Shown here: positions 38,667 through 48,608 of the stretch, piece by piece | Layout: each line of letters starts with the position of its first letter | How positions within the stretch are numbered: position 1 is the stretch's first letter | NCBI GenBank assembly: GCA_963665815.1 | Contig: OY762463.1 | Coordinates: 2,176,001-2,240,000 of the forward strand | DNA length: 64,000 bases | Reading direction: 5' to 3' | From: Candidatus Cloacimonadales bacterium | GTDB lineage: Bacteria; Cloacimonadota; Cloacimonadia; Cloacimonadales; JAIOQZ01 | The notes under the pieces: generated by a model | What the model was told of the DNA's origin: nothing | Database searches by the model: none | Seen by the model: the letters and a program-made list of their open reading frames with translations, nothing else | Position numbers and translations under genes: made by a program

Positions 38667-38950
38667 TTTTCCTCCTGAGACTTTCCTTTATTTACAAAGT
38701 CGAAAAAATATGTTATCAAATCTTCAATTATTGAACTGTTAAGATAGTAATGTATATATTGACCCTTTTTCTCAGAATAAATCAGATCAGCATTTTTGAG
38801 TATCTTCAAGTGTTCGCTGATAGCCGGTTTTGAGATTGAGAATTCATCGGCAATCTCTCCGGCTGTCATTGTATCTTTTTCTTTCAGCAGATGAATAATC
38901 TTCCGCCTTCTCTGATCGGACAACGCCTTGAACAATCTGTCATCAAGCAT
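38663..38950 (-). CDS. SdpR-like ArsR/SmtB repressor
   Basis: FKALSD.RRRKII, TAGEIA..F.ISKPAISEHLKILK; AAGGAG RBS before ATG 38950. Confidence 0.9.
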   Translation of the reverse strand: MLDDRLFKALSDQRRRKIIHLLKEKDTMTAGEIADEFSISKPAISEHLKILKNADLIYSEKKGQYIHYYLNSSIIEDLITYFFDFVNKGKSQEEK

Positions 38951-38964
38951 ACTCACTCCTTAAG

Positions 38965-39046
38965 TATTTAACTAATTGACTAAATAATATAATTCTAATT
39001 CGAGATGTCAAGATTTTTCTTAAATATTTAATTAATTGATTAAATA
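38965..39046. promoter_or_regulatory. Two palindromic operators flanking the sdpRI-like promoter
   Basis: TATTTA-N10-TAAATA at 38965-38986 and 39025-39046; TTGACA at 39006-39011 (minus). Confidence 0.7.
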
Positions 39047-39109
39047 CTATTATAGTTGAAGCCTTTCTGGATAAAACTGACAGGCTGTGAGCGTATTATT
39101 GATTCGTTT

Positions 39110-42100
39110 TTAATCACCCTTATTTATAGATTCATAGATCATTTTACTGAGCTCAACTTCACTGAACGGTTTTTTGATGAATCCTGCAATTTCCGATTTT
39201 ATCTCAGCAAGATCTTCTTCTCTGGCAAATCCGGAACTGAACAAAACTTTAACATTCTGATCAAGCTCTTTCATTTTCCTGAGCGCTTCCAGACCATTCA
39301 TTTCCGGCATTACCATATCCAGAATAACAAGATCGATTTCTGATTGGTTTTCTCTGTATTTTTCCCAGGCATCCTTACCGTTTTCAGCAACAATCACCTT
39401 GTATCCCATTTGCTTAATCATTGCACCGGAAATAATCCTGATCACATTTTCATCATCAGCGAGTAATATTGTACCAGAGCCTTTTATGATTTCTTCATTT
39501 TTCTCCCCATTCAGGACTACAAAATCTGTCAAAGGCAGCATAATATGAAATACCGTACCTCTATTCACTTCACTGTAAACGGTTACTGCTCCATGATGAG
39601 ACTTGATTGTACCGTAAACCGTAGATAATCCCAATCCGGCACCTTTACCAACGTCTTTCGTTGTGTAAAAAGGTTCGAATACTTTTTGTAACTTATCTTC
39701 AGGAATTCCACATCCGGTATCACTCACTTCCAGTTCGATATACCTTCCGGGAGATATATCAGATAAGCTGTTTTTACAATATGCTTCGCTGAGTATTCTT
39801 ACATTGGATGAGATTTTAAGTTCTCCCCCATTCTCCATAGCATGACTTGCATTTATTCCGAGATTCATTACTACACTCTGCAATTGAGCACTATCTCCGA
39901 TAACTGTATATGTTTCAGCGTTCAGCTCTGTTTTGATTTTAATTTTCTTATCTATAGATCTTTTTAGAATATCAATTGAATCCAGAATAACTTCATGCAA
40001 ATCCGTAGTTTTGAAACTTACTTCTCCTTTTCTTCCGAACGCGAGAAGTTTAGATGTTAAGTCAGCAGCTCTGGAAGAGGTCTTTATAATCAAATCAATA
40101 TATTTAGTCTGTAACTCATTAAAATCAGAAGAGAATTTCAATAACTCTGCAGAACCCATGATTCCACTGAGCATATTATTGAAATCATGAGCAATTCCCC
40201 CTGTCAATTTTCCGATTGAATCCATTTTGCCTGCCTGTATCAGCTGCTGTTCCAGATTATACTTTTCTGTAACATCGTCAATTCTGACAACAGCACCAAT
40301 TCTGTCGTTCAGACTCAATGGATAAACGATGATATCCTCAATAACAGTTTTACCATTACGCTCAGCTTCGTTATTAGAAATAGTAAGAATTCTCCTCTCC
40401 TGTATACTTTTTTCGATTTTTGACAAATCGTTGAAAATATCAGGGAGAACTTCCGATATTGACCGACCTTCTGCATCCGGTACAGACAAATGGATCATAT
40501 CTGCAGCACTTGCATTCATCATACTTATATTCCCGGATTCATCCAGGCTGAATATAGCAGATGGCATTGAATTGATAATACTACTTAAATGGTTTTTAGC
40601 AGACTTTACACTTTCATTAGCCTTTTGAAGAACCACATTCATTTGCTCATGTTCGTCACTCAGTGACTTTATTGTATACTGACTTTTTATTCTGGCAAGC
40701 AGTTCAGATTTCGTTACAGGCTTTGTCAGATAGTCATTAGCTCCAACATCTAATCCTGTAACCAGATCTTCTATTCTGTTTTTAGCCGTCAGCATCATAA
40801 CGGGAAGTTTATGTGCAGGGAACTTCTCTCTCAGTCTCCTGCATACTTCGTAACCTGACATTTTAGGCATCATCACATCCAGTAAAACTATATCGAAAGG
40901 TGTATCATTGTTGAAAGAATCTTCTATTGACTTTAATGCGTCTTCTCCGTTATCTACTTTTACAACATTATAGTTCTGCATGGAAAGGTGATTAGTAAGT
41001 ACCTGTAGATTAACAGGTTCATCATCAACAATCAAAATATTGGGTTTGTAAGAAGATAATTCCACAGTTTTATCAGAGTCGACTTCTTTCTGGATAAGAT
41101 TATCATCGGATACATTGATTTTATTGAAGGAAATTTCAGATGCTTCCACATTCTCAGGAGCAGCAGGTAATGTAAAAATCATTGTTGTTCCATCCCCATA
41201 TTTTGATCTCACTGATATACTGCCATTATGCAGTTCAATCAACTGTTTGGTTATAGCCAGTCCAAGACCTGTTCCCCCATAAGTGCGTTCAGTTGAGCTG
41301 TCCACCTGTTCAAAAGATTTGAATATTGATTCCTGCTTATCCTCAGGAATACCAATACCTGTATCACTTACAGAAATTCTGACAAACTCATCCTCCAATA
41401 CAGCATCAATTACAATTAGTCCTTCTTCAGTGAATTTTACGGAATTACCAATAAGATTGTAAAAAATCTGCTGAATCCTGTTTTCATCTGCCAGTACAAG
41501 TCTGAAATCAGTGTCAATTCGGTTCAGGATTTCAACATTATCATTATTGTTAGAGCCTTTTATAATTGTTATAATCACATCAACAATTGAGTGCAGATTT
41601 ACAGGCTGTAGATCTAAGTTCAGCTCCTTATATTTCAGTTTGGAAAAATCCAGTATGTCATTTACAAGAGATGCCAGTCGTCTTCCGCTCAGAACAATCA
41701 TTCTGAGATTCTTTATTGCTACAGAGCTCATTTCTCCTGCAACTCCATCAATAAGGGATTCAGCCAGACCTATTATCCCATTAAGCGGAGTTCTCAATTC
41801 ATGAGATGTATTAGCCAGAAAATCATCTTTCAATCTATCAAGTTCTTTCAATCGTTCAGTTGTTTTCTTCTCTCTTAAAAACTTCTCTGTCTGCATCTTA
41901 TGATAAATCATCACAGATGTCATTATGACAACAGCATAGATAAGATATGCCCACCACCTAAGCCATGGAGGAGAAAGTACGTTTACTTCTATTGAAGTGC
42001 CTTCTTTATTCCAGACACCATCATTGTTAGAACCCTTCAATCTCAGAGTATAGTTTCCCGGAGGAATTCCGGCATAACGTCCATAGTTTCTGTTGCCTGA

Positions 42101-44317
42101 GTAATACCAATCTGTGTCAAGTCCCTCAACCATATAAGCATATTGATTTCTCTCAGGATTCATATAGTCAAAAGCAATAAACTCAAACTCAAAGAAATTA
42201 TCTTTCCAATCCAGATTTATCTTTTTCAGCCTTTCCGGAGCTTTTCCAAAATCAGCGTTAACTCCTCCCTGCTTTATTGAGGTAAGTTTTATATCAGGAA
42301 CGTTGTCATTCAGCTCAATATCTTCTGGGAAAAAGCTGTTCATCCCTTTAGTACCACCGAACCACATCTCACCACTTTGAGAAGTAATGCCATTGTTTGC
42401 ATAAAATACATCCCCTTGAATACCATCTGCCTGTGTAAATATCCTGTAATCTTTTGATTCCGGATTGAACCTTATAAGTCCGGAATTTGTCCCAAGCCAG
42501 AGAAAACCATTCTTGTCCTCTCCCATTGAGTGGACAGCATCAATGGAAAATCCTGTTTCTCTTGAGTAGTTTGTAAACTCCTCTGTCTCGAAATCAATAA
42601 CACTCAAACCATTTTCGGTTCCTATCCACAATTGCCCTTTGGTATCAACAAGCAAAGAAACCTGAAGGTTATCACAAATGCTTTTTTTATCATCAGGATT
42701 ATGCTGTAGATACGTAAACTGTTCTGTATCTTTACTAAACTTTGCTAAACCCTCTCCCCAGGTTGTCATCCAGATTGTTCCTTTTGAATCATCCCATATA
42801 TTCCAGTGAGTTGACGTTCCGAAAGTCCTGAATCTTTCAGTTTTTTTATTAAACTTTATCAATCCTTTAAATGACCCAATCCATAGTATATCTTTATTAT
42901 CCGGATCCTCAATGATTGAGTTAAGCTGCTGAGCATCTGGTAAACTGTAGGGATCTTTCGGATCAAAAATATATGACTTCACGACTTTCCCATTATCCCT
43001 GTCAAAAAGAGATAGGGCAGACGGGACAGCAGAACCAACCCAGAAATTTCCATCAGAGTCTTCAAAAAAACCCGGAGTATAATTTGTTACTGAAGGGATT
43101 GTTGAAGAGTCTCCATCTTTATGATAATAGTGAGTAAACTTATTCTTTGCCGGATTATATCTCGTCATCGCACCAAGAGTAGAAATCCATAAATCATTAC
43201 GAGAATCCTCATATATTGAGATTACAATTTCACTTGCAAGGCTGTTTTTATTATTCGGTTCAGACTTGAAATGCTTAAATCTTTTCCCAGATGGATTATA
43301 TTTGCATAGTTTGCCACTATCTGTTATAATCCAGGAAATGTCATCATCAACATTATGCAGAACATGAGTCACATCATTGAATTCTCCCTTGAAATGCAGA
43401 AATTCATTTTGTTTCTTATCAATAATTGTAAGCTTTGTCTGATGAACAACCCAGATACGTCCCTGCTTATCTTCGGTAATCTGCACAACATAGTTCATGA
43501 AAAGACTTTCATTGGAATTTGAATCAAATCTATAGTTTCTGAATGTTCTACCATCTGAATTCAGAACACTGACCCCGTTGCTTTCTGTACCAATCCAGAG
43601 ATCTCCATCGGAATCCTGATAGATTGCCATAACAATATCATCACAAATTGATGTATTATCTCCGTCGTTATGAAGAAAACGTTCAATCTTTCCATCTTCA
43701 GGATAAATTACATTCAATCCGTTTTCCGTACCAACCCAGATACGCCCCTGCTTATCCTCATAAACAGCTCTCACGTTATCCGAGCTTAAACTGTTTGCAT
43801 TAAACTCATTATGTCTGAAATGAGTGAAAGTTTCCGCTTTTTTATCGAATTTATTTAAACCTCCGCCAATTGTTCCCAGCCACAAGTTCCCTCTACTGTC
43901 TTCGATAAAAGTGTTTTTTCCTTCCCAGTATACACTTGCACTGCTTAATCCGTTTTCATTTTCAGGATCATGCAGGATGTTTTCAATAGTATTTCTATCC
44001 TTGTCATACTTTGTCAAGCCGGAGCCATTTGATACAAACCATAAGACTCCATCTGTATCTTCCAGAATAGAAGATATGTTATTACTGGAAACAAATTCAG
44101 AAGATTTCAGGTAATGCTTCAATGTTTTACCATCATATCGGTATAGCCCATCAACATATGAACCAATCCAGAAAAAGCCATCACTGTCCTGTAAAAGGAC
44201 AATTGCCTGAGATTCAATATCTCCTGCATATTCCAGATTTAAATCAATATCCTTAACGATTCCTGATAATGTAATTATACAGGCTGATAATAACAATATT
44301 ATCAGTTTCTTCTTCAT
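39110..44317 (-). CDS. Hybrid sensor kinase: beta-propeller/Y_Y_Y sensor, TM, HisKA-HATPase, REC, PAS, second HisKA-HATPase, REC
   Basis: D..G.LWIGT repeats, PPGNYTL, SHELRTPL, LLDVMMP, AHDFNNML, ILDMVMP. Confidence 0.92.
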   Translation of the reverse strand: MKKKLIILLLSACIITLSGIVKDIDLNLEYAGDIESQAIVLLQDSDGFFWIGSYVDGLYRYDGKTLKHYLKSSEFVSSNNISSILEDTDGVLWFVSNGSGLTKYDKDRNTIENILHDPENENGLSSASVYWEGKNTFIEDSRGNLWLGTIGGGLNKFDKKAETFTHFRHNEFNANSLSSDNVRAVYEDKQGRIWVGTENGLNVIYPEDGKIERFLHNDGDNTSICDDIVMAIYQDSDGDLWIGTESNGVSVLNSDGRTFRNYRFDSNSNESLFMNYVVQITEDKQGRIWVVHQTKLTIIDKKQNEFLHFKGEFNDVTHVLHNVDDDISWIITDSGKLCKYNPSGKRFKHFKSEPNNKNSLASEIVISIYEDSRNDLWISTLGAMTRYNPAKNKFTHYYHKDGDSSTIPSVTNYTPGFFEDSDGNFWVGSAVPSALSLFDRDNGKVVKSYIFDPKDPYSLPDAQQLNSIIEDPDNKDILWIGSFKGLIKFNKKTERFRTFGTSTHWNIWDDSKGTIWMTTWGEGLAKFSKDTEQFTYLQHNPDDKKSICDNLQVSLLVDTKGQLWIGTENGLSVIDFETEEFTNYSRETGFSIDAVHSMGEDKNGFLWLGTNSGLIRFNPESKDYRIFTQADGIQGDVFYANNGITSQSGEMWFGGTKGMNSFFPEDIELNDNVPDIKLTSIKQGGVNADFGKAPERLKKINLDWKDNFFEFEFIAFDYMNPERNQYAYMVEGLDTDWYYSGNRNYGRYAGIPPGNYTLRLKGSNNDGVWNKEGTSIEVNVLSPPWLRWWAYLIYAVVIMTSVMIYHKMQTEKFLREKKTTERLKELDRLKDDFLANTSHELRTPLNGIIGLAESLIDGVAGEMSSVAIKNLRMIVLSGRRLASLVNDILDFSKLKYKELNLDLQPVNLHSIVDVIITIIKGSNNNDNVEILNRIDTDFRLVLADENRIQQIFYNLIGNSVKFTEEGLIVIDAVLEDEFVRISVSDTGIGIPEDKQESIFKSFEQVDSSTERTYGGTGLGLAITKQLIELHNGSISVRSKYGDGTTMIFTLPAAPENVEASEISFNKINVSDDNLIQKEVDSDKTVELSSYKPNILIVDDEPVNLQVLTNHLSMQNYNVVKVDNGEDALKSIEDSFNNDTPFDIVLLDVMMPKMSGYEVCRRLREKFPAHKLPVMMLTAKNRIEDLVTGLDVGANDYLTKPVTKSELLARIKSQYTIKSLSDEHEQMNVVLQKANESVKSAKNHLSSIINSMPSAIFSLDESGNISMMNASAADMIHLSVPDAEGRSISEVLPDIFNDLSKIEKSIQERRILTISNNEAERNGKTVIEDIIVYPLSLNDRIGAVVRIDDVTEKYNLEQQLIQAGKMDSIGKLTGGIAHDFNNMLSGIMGSAELLKFSSDFNELQTKYIDLIIKTSSRAADLTSKLLAFGRKGEVSFKTTDLHEVILDSIDILKRSIDKKIKIKTELNAETYTVIGDSAQLQSVVMNLGINASHAMENGGELKISSNVRILSEAYCKNSLSDISPGRYIELEVSDTGCGIPEDKLQKVFEPFYTTKDVGKGAGLGLSTVYGTIKSHHGAVTVYSEVNRGTVFHIMLPLTDFVVLNGEKNEEIIKGSGTILLADDENVIRIISGAMIKQMGYKVIVAENGKDAWEKYRENQSEIDLVILDMVMPEMNGLEALRKMKELDQNVKVLFSSGFAREEDLAEIKSEIAGFIKKPFSEVELSKMIYESINKGD

Positions 44318-44343
44318 TTACGCTCCATATGACTTTGAATATA

Positions 44344-45171
44344 TTATGACTCTTGAATTCTATACTTATCTACAATTTTCTGATATTCTCCATTTTCAAT
44401 AATTTTTCTGTAACCTTCATTAAATTTTGCTATCAGATATTCGGCATCCGGAAATTTTTTTGATATTAGTAAGTAAACATATTCATTCGTTATTAATTTT
44501 GGATTATATACTATCTTCTTCCGGTCATCCTTCGAGAAACACGAACCCAGAAGTTTATCAGCAACTAAAACATCACAATCGAATAAATCTATTCTTTTAC
44601 CATATAGTTTTTTCAGATTTGTAGAATCATCTTCAGCTATTTCGATACTAATACCTTCATTTTTCAGAGCTTCTCTCATCACTTTCAGATAAGAATAACC
44701 TCTTGTATGTCCTATCGTTAATCCCTTCAGATCATTAACATCATTCCATTTAAAATCAAAATCCTTTCTATGAAAAAAAGCATGCATGTTTTTGTATAAT
44801 CCTTGATCCGAATAAAAGAAATACTCCTGCTTATATGGTTCTTTATACCAACCGAAAGATCCGGCGTACTTAGAGCTGAATTTTGAATTTTCAATTGCTC
44901 CAATCCAGGTCATCCAAAGAAATTCAGTCTCTATTCCAACTTCAGAATAAGCTGCTGTAACTATCTCACAGAGCATTCCGTTACTTTCCATATCCTCAGA
45001 ACAAAATGGAGACCATTCTCCTATCAAAAAAACAACTCTATCAGGAAGAGAATACAAACTTATTGCAAAAACGAAGAACAACAATACTATTAAGTGAAAC
45101 TTTCTTCGACTTAATAGTTGCTTTCTAATCTGATTATCAAACCAAACTCTATTTTTTAACAATCTTTTCAT
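44344..45171 (-). CDS. Family 3-like periplasmic substrate-binding protein (start uncertain)
   Basis: GEWSPF, GHTRGYSY, KKLYGKRIDLF; paralog of neighbour. Confidence 0.78.
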   Translation of the reverse strand: MKRLLKNRVWFDNQIRKQLLSRRKFHLIVLLFFVFAISLYSLPDRVVFLIGEWSPFCSEDMESNGMLCEIVTAAYSEVGIETEFLWMTWIGAIENSKFSSKYAGSFGWYKEPYKQEYFFYSDQGLYKNMHAFFHRKDFDFKWNDVNDLKGLTIGHTRGYSYLKVMREALKNEGISIEIAEDDSTNLKKLYGKRIDLFDCDVLVADKLLGSCFSKDDRKKIVYNPKLITNEYVYLLISKKFPDAEYLIAKFNEGYRKIIENGEYQKIVDKYRIQES

Positions 45172-45886
45172 AAACTCCATTCTCCTTGATAATTTCCATA
45201 CCCTCATCAAATTTCTTAATTATGTAATCTGCTTTGGGGTGTGATTTCGATACAAGGAGCATTAAAGGTGAATCACTAAGCACTTCCTGTTTATATGTCA
45301 GCAACTCTCCTTCTTGAGGAGTAAGCTTATTATTTATTATATCCCTACCTACATACAAGTTGCAATCAAACAAGTCAATTCTACCGTTTACAAGTTTTTT
45401 AAAATTAATTAAATCAGAATCTGCAATATCCATAACGAGTCCTTTTTCAACAGCAGTTTTTAATGCTCCCATGTTTGCATAACCTCGTGTATGTCCAACT
45501 TTTTTCCCCATGAGGTCTTTGGCTTTGTTACTCCATGAGAATTTGTAATCTTTTCTATGAAACAATACTTGTTTATCACTGACAATCTGATTTTTGGAGT
45601 ACACGAAATGCTTCATCCTTTCATCAGTTTTACCCCAGCCAACAGTTCCATCGTAATTGTAATCTGATTTCACAATCTCCAGAGCTCTGTTCCAGGGCAT
45701 CCACTGGTATTTTACTTCTATACCCACTTCTTTAAAGGCAGCCGTAACTATTTCAGGCATAATACCATAACCATCTAATGTTTTTGAACTGTAGGGTGCC
45801 CATTCACCAATTGTAAAAGTTAATGTGTTCTGAGCAAAAAGGACTGTAGAAAGTAATAATACAATAATCATTACAGTATATTTCAT
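45149..45886 (-). CDS. Family 3-like periplasmic substrate-binding protein
   Basis: Signal peptide; GEWAPY, MPWNRA, KKLVNGRIDLF. Confidence 0.85.
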   Translation of the reverse strand: MKYTVMIIVLLLSTVLFAQNTLTFTIGEWAPYSSKTLDGYGIMPEIVTAAFKEVGIEVKYQWMPWNRALEIVKSDYNYDGTVGWGKTDERMKHFVYSKNQIVSDKQVLFHRKDYKFSWSNKAKDLMGKKVGHTRGYANMGALKTAVEKGLVMDIADSDLINFKKLVNGRIDLFDCNLYVGRDIINNKLTPQEGELLTYKQEVLSDSPLMLLVSKSHPKADYIIKKFDEGMEIIKENGVYEKIVKK

Positions 45887-46016
45887 AGTTTCCTCCATAA
45901 GTTAGATTATAGAAAAAATAGTATTGAAACAGGTTATAAGCAACAAAAAAGCACTTTGAATCTAAAGCAAATGCAGTTCTACAGTATCAATAATTTATAA
46001 GTTGCTCGACGTCGCG

Positions 46017-47429
46017 TTAAAACTGAAAATAGATGAATTGAGAATCATTAAGAACACCTGACAGAATAATCAACAGGACACCGGAAAAGTAAATAATCCA
46101 TCTGGTAACTACAGATTTATCCCTTAAAAACTCATCCAAACCTTTGAATCTGATAACAGAATCAACAACAATCAGAATTATTATTCCGGGAATATAATAA
46201 GCCCAGAACCTTGACTTTGCCCAAAATGGTAGTGCTACTTCAAAGTGTACAATACCTGAGATAATTGCAAAAGCCTTTGAAACAGAATCTGCTCTGAAAA
46301 AAATCCAGGCAAAACAGGTGACAATAAATGTAACAATTGTTCCCGACAGTAAGGATAATTTGTTTCTATGTCTACCTTTTGAAACTGATTTCTCAAGACA
46401 GAACCAGACTCCATGAATGGTTCCCCAAATGATAAAAGTCCAGTTCGCTCCATGCCAGAGTCCACTTATCAGAAATGTTGCCATCAAATTCAAGTATTGT
46501 CTGAAACTTGCTACTCTGTTTCCACCAATCGGTATATAGAAGTAGTCTCTGAACCAGGTTGATAATGATATATGCCACCGTTGCCAGAATTCTCTGATTG
46601 ATGCTGCGAAATAAGGTGTTCTGAAGTTGGTCATTAAGTCAAAACCAAGACTCTTTGCTGTCCCTATGGCAATATCTGAATATCCTGAAAAATCGCAGTA
46701 TATCTGAATAGCAAAGAACACTGTTGCTATAATGAGACTGATAGAATTGTGGTTACCGGGATTGTTGTAAACAGGTTCAACATAAGTAGCAAGTCTGTCG
46801 GCAATTACAACTTTCTTAATCATCCCCCAGAGAATCAGTCTGAAACCCTTTACAACATTGTATTGATTGAAATATATCCTTTTCGTGAATTGCGGAAGCA
46901 AATGAGAAGCCCTTTCTATAGGTCCGGCTACAAGCTGAGGGAAAAAACTAACAAAGGCAAAAAAATCAATAATACTGTTTGCAGGTTTGATTTTCCTTTT
47001 GTATATATCAATAGTATAACTTAATGTCTGAAACGTATAGAAACTTATACCGACCGGGAGAATCAGCTTTATTCTTGTATATTCTACAGGTTTACCGAAA
47101 ATTGAAAAAGCACTGCAAAAGCTTTCCAGAAAAAAGTCCGCATATTTAAAATAGAACAAAAGTCCCAGATTAGCTACCAGACTGATTATCAGATACATTT
47201 TTCTATGTGATTTCCTGTTTTCATGAAATATTCGTTTACCAATGTTAAAATCTACAAAAGAGCTGAATACTATGAGAATAAGGAATCTCCAGTCCCACCA
47301 GCCATAGAACACATAGCTGACAAGTAGAATAAATGTATTTCTTATCTTGATCTTATCATGAAAGAAGAACCAGTATAAAAGAAATACAGCAGGAAAAAAT
47401 ATCATGAATTCTATGGAATTAAACAGCAT
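46017..47429 (-). CDS. MBOAT O-acyltransferase (AlgI/DltB/PatA-like)
   Basis: LPVGISFYTFQ, FFPQLVAGPIER, DFSGYSD, WHISLS, GLWHGA. Confidence 0.95.
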   Translation of the reverse strand: MLFNSIEFMIFFPAVFLLYWFFFHDKIKIRNTFILLVSYVFYGWWDWRFLILIVFSSFVDFNIGKRIFHENRKSHRKMYLIISLVANLGLLFYFKYADFFLESFCSAFSIFGKPVEYTRIKLILPVGISFYTFQTLSYTIDIYKRKIKPANSIIDFFAFVSFFPQLVAGPIERASHLLPQFTKRIYFNQYNVVKGFRLILWGMIKKVVIADRLATYVEPVYNNPGNHNSISLIIATVFFAIQIYCDFSGYSDIAIGTAKSLGFDLMTNFRTPYFAASIREFWQRWHISLSTWFRDYFYIPIGGNRVASFRQYLNLMATFLISGLWHGANWTFIIWGTIHGVWFCLEKSVSKGRHRNKLSLLSGTIVTFIVTCFAWIFFRADSVSKAFAIISGIVHFEVALPFWAKSRFWAYYIPGIIILIVVDSVIRFKGLDEFLRDKSVVTRWIIYFSGVLLIILSGVLNDSQFIYFQF

Positions 47430-48358
47430 CAGTTTTCCTCATTGTATCCACTGCCTTTCATATGAGAAAGCAGAATTTTAGAAAACTTATCGGCTCCAGC
47501 AGCGTTTAGATGTCCATAATCGTAAAAATCTTCTCTACTGAAATCATTCTCAGAAAATAATTCTGTTGACTTCATAATGCTTATTTTATCAGATTCAATA
47601 TATTCAATTATTTTCGGAGGATACTGTCTGGAATCTTTAATGTATGTCGGAGATTCCATCAGAGTGAGTTTTATATCAGAATCTCTACACAACTCGAAAA
47701 ATTCAATATAGTAATCCACTATCTTATCATTGTATAAATTGTCATCTTCTTCAGGTTTCTTACCTGTCTTTATTCTACAGCCTTTAACAGGTTTATAGCC
47801 CAGAATGTATTCTTTATCTTCCGGTCTTATCATTTCCTTGAGGATGTACTCGATCTTTGAGTTAAATGCATAGGATCTCAGCAGCAGTTTCAGTCTGTTA
47901 AATGGGGATATTCTTATATATTGATCCTTAACAGCTTTACAGTCGCTGAAAACAAGAAGGTTCTCAAAGTCTCTGTATAGTTTTTCATTGAAGTTTCGAC
48001 GTGAAAACTCAAGAATTATCCGATCTGGTTTGTATCCGTTTTCAATAAAGTACTTGAGGAGGGTTATCTGAAAATAAATATCGATTGAGTCCATACCGCC
48101 ATTAAAGACAGTCTTATCCAGACCTTCTGCCAGTATTTGCGGATTAACGTGACGTCCCATACGTGAGTTACCCATAAGAAGTATCTCCGGTTTGTATTCC
48201 AGAATGTAATTGATGTTTCCACCAAATTTACCGTATCTGGTTTTCGCAACCATTTTGCGGAAGACAAATCCAAGAGCAAAGTCCAGAATAAGCAATATTA
48301 TTATGAACAGCAGGATTTTCTTCAAAAAATTCAGGAGTTCACGGTGTCCGGATTTCAT
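47429..48358 (-). CDS. SGNH-like extracytoplasmic acyltransferase partner of MBOAT
   Basis: N-terminal TM, MGNSR, FYDYGHLNAAGA (DxxH). Confidence 0.7.
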   Translation of the reverse strand: MKSGHRELLNFLKKILLFIIILLILDFALGFVFRKMVAKTRYGKFGGNINYILEYKPEILLMGNSRMGRHVNPQILAEGLDKTVFNGGMDSIDIYFQITLLKYFIENGYKPDRIILEFSRRNFNEKLYRDFENLLVFSDCKAVKDQYIRISPFNRLKLLLRSYAFNSKIEYILKEMIRPEDKEYILGYKPVKGCRIKTGKKPEEDDNLYNDKIVDYYIEFFELCRDSDIKLTLMESPTYIKDSRQYPPKIIEYIESDKISIMKSTELFSENDFSREDFYDYGHLNAAGADKFSKILLSHMKGSGYNEEN

Positions 48359-48383
48359 TTATTCTCCATTCAGGAAATATAGA

Positions 48384-48439
48384 TTGAGCTTTGCATAATA
48401 GCAAAATCAAGTTAACTATTCCACTTATGCAAAGGTCTC
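48384..48439. mobile_element. Short MITE-like element
   Basis: GAGCTTTGCATAA...TTATGCAAAGGTCTC terminal IRs; flanks ATAGA/ATAAA; same ends as 52976-53130. Confidence 0.6.
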
Positions 48440-48608
48440 ATAAATGTTGCCACATTAAATCAATGCTGAAAATCTTTGGGGAATTTAGTTCGGAGGTGGT
48501 GGTGTGTCAAGAAAATGTTGGATCACATGCACAGCTCCATTTTCTGAGAAGTTTAGCATTAAACTGAAGCGCAATTATATTTAACTTACAGTGCTTAATT
48601 GTTAATTT

